A DNA stretch of 62,240 nucleotides, the filler included, from Nemertoderma westbladi (Eukaryota > Animalia > Xenacoelomorpha), in the NCBI GenBank assembly GCA_032718475.1. It is 3 parts of 3 records of this genome, joined end to end, with 100 filler letters (N's around TTAATTAATTAA, not from the genome) between each part and the next. Parts side by side here need not be neighbours in the genome. Positions count along the whole stretch, not along the records: positions 1 to 25,524 come from JAUCBJ010008586.1; 2 more parts are not named here. One strand, 5' to 3'. Both the position numbers and the translations under genes were made by a program. Positions within the stretch are counted from its first letter, which is position 1. Each line of letters begins with the position of its first letter. The notes beneath the pieces are model-generated. The model was not told the DNA's origin, did not search any database, and saw only the letters and a program-made list of their open reading frames with translations. This document shows positions 10,884-22,508 of the stretch, piece by piece.

Positions 10884-13020
10884 ATGGTTGTAGGAGCCTT
10901 AGCATCTACTTTGCCCAAGGGTGGAGTAGGTACACGCTGGGACAAGAAAGTGTTATATATGATGGAACAACAACAAAGAGACCCTACCAGGGCTGATCTC
11001 ATGTCATTCTTAGATGGAGAGGTAAAATTACAGCGCCTAAAACAGTCCAGAGAGAAGACACCGGAAAATAAGGTAAGTGAGTAACCCGTTTCTAGGAGAA
11101 AGGTAATACCAGTGTGTTATACAGACGACGGCGAAAGCCAGGCTTCTCAAGAGGAAGAGAGCGGGAAAGACACTGAAAGATCTTACTATGACAACAAAGC
11201 GACTAAGGACGTAAGTAAATTCAAGTCTCGAACCAATGACAGGAGAGAACAGGTAAGAAAAACTCCCCCTACGTCTCCTAAGAGAATTCATGGAAGAAAG
11301 CCCGAGGAAAGAACGAGTGTGCACAACGTTATCCAAAGTAAGGTAAGTAACATCAAACCGAAATGTGCGCTGTGTGACGGGCCCCACCGTTTGAATGTGT
11401 GTGATGAATTCCTAAAGAAATCATTAAAGGATAGACGGGAAGTCATGTGGGATAAGCGGTTGTGTTATAATTGCCTCAGACAAGGACACCAACGGCGAAC
11501 CTGTTACTCCGACGCAAGGTGTGCGAAGTGCGGCGCAAAACATCATATCTTGTTGCACACTGAATTCGAACGAAACAGCCCGAATCAGGTAAGTGATTCC
11601 GAACTACATGTCCAATTCAGTGATATGAACGACACTGACCAAAGTTCTGAGATGGAAGGATTCTATACGGACGAATTCTCCAACGAAAACGAATCCTGTT
11701 ACCTGATAAATACCGCAGTGTATCGAGCACTTACGTATGAAAAGGACACCGACAGTGAGCTCCCCCCAACTACTTCTGATCGACAACCATCTTGGAAAGC
11801 ACCAACTTCCAATGTAGGAATCCGAGAATTTCCCGTAGTGCAGTTGAGGGTCCACGGACCTGAAAGGAGTTATATAGTGAACGCCCTCCTTGACTCCGGT
11901 AGCACAGGAACATTCATCGACAAAGAACTAGCCGAAGACATCTTTGCTGGACAACCCAAGTTCCGAACTAAGTTAAACATGTCAGGAATTATGCAGGTTT
12001 GGAAATCTACAGTAATAGCAGATTATTATGTAGGTGCGTTGTCCACCCCCCAGGATGAACTAGGAGAACACAGTATAAGGTCAGTAAAAATGGTGGCGAT
12101 AAAGAACTTCGCTACCAGCCAAGTAGAACCTTATAACTGGGATGAGGACGATTTCACCCAGCAGCTTAAGATACCTAGATTCAACACAGACTACCCTGGA
12201 GTGCAAATACTCATCGGCCAAAATGCGCATGAGGCGCTTGAGACATTGGAGAAACGGCCTGCTCAACCGCAACCACTACAAGCCTATGCAGGAAGAACTA
12301 GAGTAGGTTGGTACCTCACTGGACCTTCCCGTAGGACACTCTTGGAAAGGCTACCCAAAGATCGGGTCCATCAGGAGAGTGAATGGGAAGAAGACATCAG
12401 TGAGGGAGACGACCCAACTGAGGGAACACCATACTCCTCAGATAATGACGATATTAACTCCAATGTAGATCAATGGAGACATTGCCCCGAGACGATTAAT
12501 CTAGCCGACATCGCTTCCAGAGGAGCAACTCCTCAAGAACTGATAGATACTCCAGAATGGTTAGGTGGACCCGACTTCCTAAGTAAAGAAGATGAATGGC
12601 CTCCCCATCTTACCACGGCTGAGATTAGACAAGCCAAGGGAGCGTAGAAAGTCAAACCTAAAACCCGGACGAGTAAATCAAGGTTATTTAAACCCGTGAT
12701 AGATCTGTCTGTACTACACATTGCCAGGGACTACGCTGTGGATCTAAACTCCCCCACCACGAACCGATCTGTTGTGGAGATCAGAGAGAGAGACTGGAGA
12801 TCTGGAACACCAGACGTCTCGCCGGGACTCTCACCTCTCCTGCCGGGAGTGATGGACCACTATAGATCCTGGAATCGGCTTTGTAAGGCCGTCGTGTATT
12901 TGAAGCGATGTTTCTATCGTCACTATTCCAGGACGAAGAGGAAACCTGGAATTGTATTCGAAACACAATAACTCAATCTCCCAGTTGGTCGTTTATGTTT
13001 ACTGGAAAGAGACCGAGAAC
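10884..13020 (+). mobile_element. BEL/Pao LTR retrotransposon internal region, heavily deleted (gag end, protease, RNase H end, integrase tail)
   Basis: BEL-type triple Cys-His cluster (CALCDGPHRLNVC, CYNCLRQGHQRRTC, CAKCGAKHHILLH), protease ALLDSGS, QWRHCP..NLADIASRG..WLGGPDFL, YRSWNRL and the terminal LPVGRLCLLE. No RT or integrase core is present. Confidence 0.88.
11112..12647 (+). pseudogene. BEL/Pao gag zinc knuckles plus aspartic protease fused to an RNase H C-terminal remnant
   Basis: 511-aa ORF with the motifs above. RT is absent between RTRVGWYLTG and QWRHCP, implying an in-frame deletion. Confidence 0.82.
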
Positions 13021-13111
13021 TGTCCGGAAACTATGGAAGGCAAGATACTCTTCCCACGACCACCTCCCTAATCCAACAAACATCTAGGGACTCCCCAACG
13101 TAACAGCGTCT

Positions 13112-13124
13112 GGAGTGGGTGTGT
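13112..13124 (+). promoter_or_regulatory. Possible polypurine tract and 3' LTR start (GGAGTGGG-TGTGT)
   Basis: G-rich tract followed by TG ~100 bp after the integrase tail, with an abrupt switch to AT-rich DNA. No 5' LTR is available to confirm it. Confidence 0.35.
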
Positions 13125-13660
13125 GACTATATTATTTTATATTTGTTTTTATTATTTTATATTTATGTATGTATTATTATGTAATTTTATTATAATCGTT
13201 TTCTTTAATTTTATTTAGTAGAATGTTATTTTAGCGATTATCTAGTAGATTAGTGCAATATATATATTCGCGTTTATTACTTAATTACTTATATATTATA
13301 TATTTAGTGCGACGGCGAGAAATAATTCTTTTTCTCTTTCCTTACTGTCCGTATTACATTATAAAAACGTGACTACAGTAAGATGAAATATCCGTACTTA
13401 TTAAAGTACAATAAAGCTCCTACTATATTCAAGTATTATTGGCAAGTAGAGTATTAGGAATGCAAAGTTCAGATCCTCGTGTCTCGGCTAAACCAAGCTC
13501 TGGGTAGACCTTGGAAATAACTTGCCTCTTCTCACTGACATTGCTTCATGCGATATTGCTCTCATACCGTATATTAAATAATACATATAGTAGTGTGATG
13601 TCCCTCTAACAGTAGCGTACAACGCAAAATAAACCTGTTAAACCTTTTGACCATCTGTAA

Positions 13661-13950
13661 TTCTAGTCGATTAAGATATCGCGGCACCCACCGATATACT
13701 TGAAAGACAAAATTCTAGAATCAGTGGTTAACGTCCCCAGACATGTTCTGGAATAAACCGGTGCCCATCTTAAATATTAACTATTAATATTTATAAAATC
13801 TGTCAAAATTTAGATCCTTTAAAATTCTAGTCAATTAAGATATCGTAGCACTTACCGATACTCTTAAAAGGACAAATTTCCTAGAATCAAGGATCCCCGT
13901 CCCCAGATATGTTCTGGAATAAAATGGTGTCTATTTTAATATTAAATAAT
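13661..13950. repeat. Diverged tandem duplication, unit ~165 bp
   Basis: TTCTAGTC(G/A)ATTAAGATATCG...CGTCCCCAGA(C/T)ATGTTCTGGAATAAA occurs at ~13661 and ~13825. Confidence 0.7.
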
Positions 13951-14743
13951 AAAATTTACGGGAATAAATTTAAATTCATCTTTGTAATGAATTTGATAAA
14001 TTGTCATTTATATACAATTTATAACATTCCCAAAATTCCATTAATTAATAGATCATGGGAGCGGAGATTCACCCTATTAAGTGTATTAGTGTGCGAGAAT
14101 CTCCAATATATAGTCAATAGCCGATAAAATTCATAAAATCATGTATAAAGGGGATATTGACAATTAAAGAATTACTATTAAATAGCATCCCAGATCTGTA
14201 TGCATGAGAATTACCCTAATTCTACCGCTGGCTTTCCATAATGTCACCATGGCAACAACCACGCTAGAATTAGAAGTGAGTTAAAAGAACAATAAAGGCT
14301 TGCCCCATTGAATAGCATAAAGAATAAATAGCACACTGCTAGTATCCAAGGATACCCAATAATAACGTGGCATTCTGGAAGGCACTTGACTAATGGACAA
14401 ATGGCCCGAATGTGTGCGGTTTGTGACAGTTGTGTGGAATTTGTGCGTTTATAGGTGAATGTTACTACTAAAGTGTGTTTACAGTAGCGAGTCGCAATTG
14501 TGAACGTAGCCCTAACTCTCCAGTAAGAACCTGAAGTAAATCTAAGCCTTTGGGACGGACGGTGGAGTGACTCGCGCTGGTTGTTGTGGTCGTTGTGCAG
14601 CTACTACGTTGGCGATAGGCACATCGGCGAAAGTACACCAGCGCTGAGGATCTTGCGCTGTCCGGGGGCCGAGAGGGGTAGGCAGCGACGCCCGCTAGCC
14701 TAATTATAACTAATTATAATATTGATAAACTCATATAGCAGCT

Positions 14744-16294
14744 ATGACTGAGTTGATAGATGATGATCTTGGTATCAGGGAGCGATATGCTCTACCGTTG
14801 CAAGCGTTTGTGGATAGCTTGATACGCGGTGACGCTAGTCCAACTACTACGGAGGACGATGGTCGTTATATCGAACCGCCGATGTCCCAGGAGCAACTTA
14901 CGCGTGAATTGGACTATAGAAAATTCACCGCTCGCTATGCGCATCGTAATGGTACGTATATGGACTTTTAACTACTGGCCATCCTATCGATTTACACGAT
15001 ACGGACTATGTCGACACCGAAAGAGAAATGGTAATATTTAAATATCCTACCCAGCGGAGTCGGAACGATAAACTGAAAATCGAATGCGAAAATTCTATTC
15101 GAAATCGACTCGAAAGAGAAGACGTTAAAGAACCGGATAAACGCGGTAACTCCAACGTATATTTGGAATTCTTGAGAGAGACATTGTAAAACTGGAGAAA
15201 GATCACCCGCGTTTCCCCTACAAGACGTGCGTCTTTGGTATTATTGCGATGAATGCCCAAGACCCAACCAACAAACGGAAAGACATAAACATCCGCGGAG
15301 ACGTTGCTTTAAACACGGTTTTACTCGCTATATTTACGGGAGTTTCGAGCGAAACTTGTTCGATGTATCACCTACGCTCGCTCGATTCAAACGATCCTTA
15401 ATTAGACCTATGATCAGAGTTCCGGAATACTCGGTCAGACCTCCTCATCCCCTAGTTAAGACCTCAGACTCTTGATCCTAATAGTATCACGGATCCTCCC
15501 GAACTGTACTCACTGTTCCAAGAACTAGTGTTACCCTAACAGTTAGTCGGTGGCACTCCGGTTGTGAGCTCCCTAGATATTCGCCCATCTTACCTAGTCG
15601 GATTGGGACGCGGACATCTAATATCGCCATTCAACCGTGTCGTCGTCCCTGTTTGGCATGATACAACCTGTCACCGAGGCGGAGGAGAGAGTTGTACAAA
15701 ACGCGTTGGACACTATTCTTCAAAAGATCGGAAAAGGAACCTACAATTGTTTAGAGAAATGTAAATTATAGCAACAAGTCCAAGCGGTAAACGAATTAGC
15801 TTTATCTCAGTTCGATCAGGAAATCCAGAATCTCTAAGAAGATATCGAACTTGGATGACTCTACTTTCTGCAAGAGTTTGGACAAATGTTTTCAACGACA
15901 AGTGGAGGAAAATCAGCTCGAGGAGAAGCATATCGATTCCGATAGAGCCCGAGAACGCGAGTTGGAAAGAATCATCAAACCGAGGAAATTTCTCACTATA
16001 CCCGGTCCACCTACCGCTATCATTCAGATGACCCGTCAGGGACCAGTAAGAGCTGCTGTCTCAAAACGTGCTCTCAAGGTTGTTCGACCTCGTTCCACTG
16101 AGGTTGATACCGATCAACCGGGTACCTCGACCGGCGGATACACCGACCGTAACCCTAAACCTTCTGATGCAATTGTATTGCACCCTTCACCCAAGGGTTA
16201 TAGCCCTCCTAGTAAAGTGGCTCGCCCCAAAGAGAAAAGGACTCTTGCTAGCCTCAAAAAACTGCGTAAACGCCGTCCGCGCAAGAAAAACTAA
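14744..16294 (+). pseudogene. Second, internally deleted copy of the extra gene (probable N-terminus, partial middle, basic C-terminus)
   Basis: CKTGERSPAFPLQDVRLWYYCDECPRP and the ...LKKLRKRRPRKK tail match the minus-strand ORFs. It has stops and frameshifts, and ~2.5 kb covering the exonuclease and knuckles is missing at ~15940. The assignment of 14744-15180 to this gene is inferred. Confidence 0.78.
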
Positions 16295-17547
16295 CTGTTT
16301 AGAATATTTTTATATTTTAGAAGCTGTGATTTTTCATATTTTATAGAATTAAATCCCATTTTCTGGGAGCAGTGTAAAGGCTTTTGCGGATCTAGCTAGT
16401 TATTTTCCCCGCAAAGTACTCTGTAGGTGTTTTAACGGACATAAAAAGCCGTTTCCTTACTGTACCAGTGTTTTAGTGGACATAAAAAGCCATTTCTTCT
16501 GTATGTGTACTTTAGCGGACATAACTAGCGATTTTATGTCACAATAAGCCAAAATCCTCTTGATACAGTGTAGTTACGATGACGACATCTATCAGCTGAT
16601 ATGTACACGTGTAATTTTTCCCTTGTTCTTTGTTCGGCTCACTCGACCAATCAGAGCGATTTTCTTTGTGTTGGACAGTGCATATAGAAACTCACGCAAT
16701 TCAGTCAGTATGTATCTTTCTAAGCCCAGAACACCGGCTTAGGATTCATCTGTACTTCTGTGGAAGTTTCAGACTTTAGCCAAACATTAGAACGGCTTTG
16801 ATCATAGAAACGTATAACTGTTATTCTATCTAACACTTATCATATCATAACTATACGTACCTTTCACCGCATTATTTTATTGCTATTTACTGTTGGTTAT
16901 TAATTATATCAGTTGATGGAATATTGTTATATTTGGATAATATCGATAAATAATCATAAAACCCCAATCTTCTTGATATACTGAAGGTAAGAGACCGGTT
17001 ACATATAGCAATTGCGACTCACATTATATTGGTTTTGGAGTGAATCTAATGCTATTTCATAGGCACTACATGTGTCAGTGGCTGTTCTCTTTATATGTGA
17101 ATAAAATTAGTGAAGGTCGGCAGATCAGTGTGCAGCATTGTGCGGTAGTGTGCATGAGTGTGATAGATAACAAAGCATCTCCTAAAGAATGCGCTTTATA
17201 CGTGAATCAATAGCCATCCTGTTGTGCTTAGTGTAAGTCATAACTCTGTTTACATACTTAGAGCGCCACGTCCTAAAGGAACTGTTAATATTTCCCGAAA
17301 GTGAATAATATTGGTCAGAGATTATATATTAACAATCCATCGAATAATACAGTAGGCCTACATCGCAATAAGGTGAGAGCTTCCGAATCCAGTCTCCCGG
17401 GTATATCCAGCGGGTGAATGGTCGCGCATAGACTGGCTTCGGCTAATGTAGTGTATCAAATACTCGTCATAGGCTAAAGTCGATTTATAATCTAGAAGAC
17501 ACCTAAATTTGGCAGGTTAAACTGCTAAAGGTCTGAAAGCGCGAACA
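15185..17547 (+). repeat. Right arm of a long, diverged inverted repeat (partners ~9845-10600 and 5662-~7305)
   Basis: Colinear reverse-complement similarity through coding and ~1.25 kb of non-coding DNA, ending exactly at GGTCTGAAAGCGCGAACA. Confidence 0.9.
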
Positions 17548-18320
17548 ATTATATTTCACTAGTTTACAGTACCGCGAGGGTGTGGCGGCACAATACAACA
17601 AGTAAATGTCTGACTAATTATTTACGTAAGGGCTCAAGTCTGGCGATTGTGTTTCCCTTTAGAGGAAACGTATTGTGACAAGTCTATATCTGTTTATATT
17701 ATTATCGTTACGGTATTCAATTTATAACAAATCTCAATCATGTTGTAATAAATATTAAGAGCTTCACTTGCATTACAGGTGTGAAATATCGCCATAGATT
17801 AATTATTTATTAAGTTAGAGGTAAGACAGCACACATAAATCTGACACAATTGTCCAGGGTATCAATAATGCTTAGCTATAGAGACCTACCTGGGTTTGGC
17901 GTGTGTAAAATGTCTTTAATCTCACAAATTGAGTTTACCAGTACGATGTCAAATATTATAACAAATAATTATAATTCAATTATTAACAACAGATAAACAG
18001 TTATTTAGACTTATTAATAGATTTATCTATTATTAGATTGAGAGAATCAATTTGATTTATCCTCTTCGTGGGTAAATGTGACTTCACTGGCCAACTAATG
18101 GTAAAAAGATAACAAGGGCAGTGAATGGGCCAGTGAATCAACAGTGTACAGTATATATACCGGCTAATAGAAAGGGGCGTGCAGCGCCACCTAGACATCT
18201 GGCGATAAACCATTCAAACCAAATTAGATATGTAGATAATGGCACTAGATGGCGTCAATTTTTAGGAATATATAAGTTTTGGATTATAGAGACAAATATT
18301 CAGATTGGGGGGCAACTGGA

Positions 18321-18451
18321 CGCAATAAAAATTCATCCCTCACCAGAGGAAATTCGACGCAAATATCAGCTGATTATTCTCAAAAATAAAACTGTAACCT
18401 ATTCTATTGTGCTTAGTTTATTGTTTTAGTTAAAATAACGTGCCACTTTAA
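18321..18451. repeat. Dispersed ~130-bp repeat, Kolobok-like terminus (copy 1)
   Basis: Matches 29606-29736 and ends AATAACGTGCCACT|TTAA, i.e. TTAA|AGTGGCAC on the minus strand, as in Kolobok ends. Confidence 0.5.
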
Positions 18452-18999
18452 CCTGCTCCTTTCCCTAAATTGAGAATTTAACATTGAGGCGGGATATTAA
18501 TTAGCCAAGGCGGGTTTTGCGTCCAGTCCATCCCCCCCCCCCTGTCTCCAAATATTATGATGTAATTAACTTTATCAATAAAAATGGTGGTTTGAACTTA
18601 AATTTACCAAAAATAAGTAATCTAAAATAGCAAAGAACACAATTGCATTAACACAACCTGTAAAACATTTGAACGGCCCACTGAACGGCTTACAATGATA
18701 TTCCCATAGGATTCACTGGGAAGAGCTATTCAGCAGGCGGCGGCGGGGTAATACATTATACAAACTAACAGTTGATGTTTGATTACTGTCTGGGATAGAG
18801 CGAGAGAGTAATAAATTTAGCAACTAATATAGGCCTACTTCAGTGCAGTTTGGTCCTATCCATTCAATAAATAGTATAGTAGCTTACTAGTAGGCCCTCA
18901 TGAGTACCAGCAGCTGGTGTTTCTATCGTTGAGTTGATGGCAATTTTCGTGTTTTCATTTTCGCTCACTCAGGGTAATAGTTTGAGGGGCAGGTTCGTT

Positions 19000-19200
19000 T
19001 CAAGACAGCTTGCTGGCTTTCTATTAGTTATATGTAGAAAAAAGGAAGTTGGAAAATAATGTTTAAGTTTATAGCTGCAACTGGCGAATGGAAACGTTTC
19101 CTGTATACAAATTATATCAGCATTCAAGAGGAATGTTTTTTTATAATCAACCTTATCTGCTGCAAAGCCAGTTGAATTATATGATACAACAGTTAAAGCA
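19000..19200 (-). pseudogene. LINE APE endonuclease N-terminal fragment
   Basis: LTVVSYNSTGFAADK...ADIICIQETF resembles the start of ORF2 at 34369 (ISYNSRGFSSDK...ADIFCIQEHF). Confidence 0.6.
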
Positions 19201-19369
19201 TTTTCCCTATAAATAAGTATATAATATGTAATCCAATACGAAAACACCAAAAAGTTATATTAATCGTTGAACTCACAACTGATCCGGTCGCCAAACCTCT
19301 CCTGCCGCTAAACAGAATCCTGGACACCGGAAGTATAAATAGTTTTACGGGTGTTCATCGGATAATAAC

Positions 19370-20060
19370 ATCAATGAAGCCACTGATATCCTGAATGATT
19401 CACTCGCCAGTTCATCATCACCGCGAGATTCTAGAGCGAACCGTTCGCACAATCAACCCCGGTGTGACGACGAATGTAGGCGTCGAAAGAAGAATTGATC
19501 TTAAAGCAACGTAGTCGGTCCAACTCTGACTTGGTAAAAAGTAAAGTAAATTTTCTTCGGCCACTTACGCGCAAAGTGTGACGACTTATTTCCAGTGCGG
19601 TTCCCCCAGAATTTTACTCCCCAGATTGGTGACTCGGATAACAAATTATACTGGGATCGCCCCAAAGCCGAAAAGTTTACAAAAATTTAATCGCCAACAA
19701 AAAGAACAGCTTATGAAGAACTATGTCTAATAAATACACTCGCACAAGCAGAATTAACGCCGTTCTCTATTTGAGAACAATAAACCAACCGCGGCTCCTG
19801 TAGAGAACCCTACCGTCTTTAGGAACATCTCTAAAATCTACTCGGAAGGGTCAACCAGGGATAGATCCGATTCCCATCTCAAATGTTGAGGAATGGGAAA
19901 CTGACAATTGGTTCAACGCCCCTGTACCTGAATCCGAAGTATTTAATGTTGTAAATAAATCAGCGAACAACAAAGCCTGCGGTCGGGATCGAATCTACAA
20001 TGAACGCAAAAACAAACATCTCCAATGAGTATCTCTATACTCACAATGCTTTACAACGTC
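19370..20060 (+). pseudogene. Degraded LINE ORF2 fragment related to the 37-41.6 kb family
   Basis: DDECR and DNWFNAPVPESEVFNVVNKSANNKACGRDRIYNE parallel DDECR and EDWYNEPIREQKVSDAIQNSASKKACGPDGIFYE. Confidence 0.6.
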
Positions 20061-21856
20061 TGCCACGGTTCGGATTTATTCGAGGCAGATCGACGATTCA
20101 GGGAAACCATGGGAACTTCTCGAGAAACCAGGGGCGCAGCAGCAGCAGTACTTGTTCTAGAATCTTGAGACCTAGGAGGTTTTAGTCCGAAAGCCTCACG
20201 TTTGTCTCCTCTGGTTTCTCGAGAAGAGGGACCTCCACCAATTCAACCACGACTCCCTCTAACCGGTTAACTCTAGGTCTATCATATTTGTTGAACAATC
20301 TGTCAGACAATGAACTTTTTAGCCAATCAGATCAGATGTTTTACTTTTTTACTGAAACGTTTTATTCATGCTCGTCCTTCCCAGGTACCACTTACTATCC
20401 CTTTATGCAGCCAGCATTAAAACAAAGGAGAGGCGGCACCGGGCACAAGGAGGACTTATCATATTATGAGACCTAAACAGCAAATAAACCCTAACTTGAT
20501 TGCAAGCACAGATTTTTATATGTTGGTAAAGTGGGATGTGGCAACCTTCGCCTCACCTTTATTTTGCCTCAGATACACACCCACACGCCTCAGATACACA
20601 CACACACAGTGCTTGTTGTACTTAGGGCCTACACTGCTACAGTTAATTAATCACTAAATATCGTCTTATTTATTTTTACTTATTTCCTAGTATTATTTCC
20701 TTAGTTTCTCAAGGATGTGATATAGAGATGGGAGATGCTAAGGCGTGGTATAAATGGAGATATTTTATTTAAGGTCATAACATCCTACCTGAAGGATGCT
20801 CTACCAGCTCTTCGCCTTTCGCAACTATGACGCGGGCGTATGGGTCATCACTATATTGATAGTAACAATGTGTTGGCAAGCTGTATCCATTATATGCACT
20901 ATGCTGCTATGAAGCAAGCGTATGCGTCATGGGTTTGTATTTAACTCTATGGGTTTGAAGATCATATTAGGTGCTTATTGTAGCTATTACTACTGTATGT
21001 TGATGTATTTAGCGCATTTAGGCAAATGTTACAGCAGTAGGTACAGTATGTATAGAGTCTGAATGTCGTTCTACTATTTCTGTACTTTGTAGAGTGCATT
21101 ATTAGTGTTGGTATATGGTGTAATGCCAACCACCTACAGTAGTACAAACTGACAGAAAGACCGACAGACAGACAGCCTAGATTTTTTTAAATGTAAAAAC
21201 TGACATTAGAAATGGAATCACCAACCCTTAAAACCCCCATAGCGGCAATGTTAGTAGATTTTATTATTTCTTAAGTCTTGACTGACAGACTGACAGAAAG
21301 GCCGACTGACTTCAGACTTGTGATTTTACTTTAGGTTTTTGGGGAACACATAAAATCTTGAATTATTAGGTGCGAAAGGGTTTAACTCTTATATTTCCCG
21401 TCCATATTATACATATTATCCTTCCAGTGCTTTTCATACTGTGAATGTAACTCTGATGATAATTTCTTGATATTAAAGGTATTAGTGGATGGAAATAAAT
21501 CTGCTATAGATTGAGCATTAATAAGCGTGTTTGGAATCTATTTTTATTCCTACATTACCGGTAACTATAACTACCGGTAAGTAATATACTGTAAGTGCAT
21601 GTTCGAGTCAGGAGTTCGTCTTTATCTTTTAATGTGATAAATTTTATATTTTAAAGTGTCGCGAAGCAAATCATTATTTGAACAACTACAACTTAGTATT
21701 TTGTGCGAGTTGTGCGTACAACTTAGTATTTTGAATTTTAATTGGTAAAATTAATCAAAACAATGTGTGGTGGCATTTTCAAGATTGTAACGGTGTAATT
21801 TGTAATTTGCACACAACTTACGAAAAAAATATTTTTTCCAAATGTGCCCGTTTAGT

Positions 21857-22508
21857 AGGGTTTGCCCCCCCCCCCCCTTTAGGGTTTGCCCTCCCCCCTT
21901 TAGGGTTTGACCCCCTTTAGGGTTTGCCCCCTTTAGGGTTTGCCCCCCCTTTAGGGTTTGACCCCCTTTAGGGTTTGCCCCCCTTTAGGGTTTGCCCCCC
22001 CCCCCCCTTTAGGGTTTGCCCCCCCCCCTTTAGGGTTTGACCCCCTTTAGGGTTTGACCCCCTTTAGGGTTTGCCCCCCTTTAGGGTTTGCCCCCCTTTA
22101 GGGTTTGCCCCCCTTTAGGGTTTGCCCCCCTTTAGGGTTTGCCCCCCTTTAGGGTTTGCCCCCCCCCTTTAGGGTTTGACCCCCTTTAGGGTTTGACCCC
22201 CTTTAGGGTTTGCCCCCCTTTATGGTTTGCCCCCCTTTAGGGTTTGCCCACCTTTAGGGTTTGCCCCCCTTTAGGGTTTGCCCCCCTTTGGGGTTTGCCC
22301 CCCTTTAGGGTTTGCCCCCCCCCCCCCCTTTAGGGTTTGACCCCCTTTAGGGTTTGCCCCCCTTTAGGGTTTGCCCCCCTTTAGGGTTTGCCCCCCCCCC
22401 CCCCCCCCTTTAGGGTTTGACCCCCTTTAGGGTTTGCCCCCCCCCCTTTAGGGTTTGACCCCCTTTAGGGTTTGCCCCCCTTTAGGGTTTGCCCCCTTTA
22501 GGGTTTGA
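21857..22508. repeat. Minisatellite (CCCCCCTTTAGGGTTTG)n, ~17-bp unit with variable C run, ~35 copies
   Basis: Directly visible tandem array. Almost every unit contains TTTAGGG. Confidence 0.95.

Noticed and set aside
5662-17547. Single DNA transposon with multi-kb TIRs (Polinton or foldback type)
   Set aside because: The flanks do not form a TSD (ACCTA vs ATTAT), the arms are clearly diverged with synonymous bias, the LINE does not resume, and no polB or transposase is present.
21857-22508. True telomere or CRISPR array
   Set aside because: It is internal, has no unique spacers, and the unit is a 17-mer, not a pure telomere repeat.
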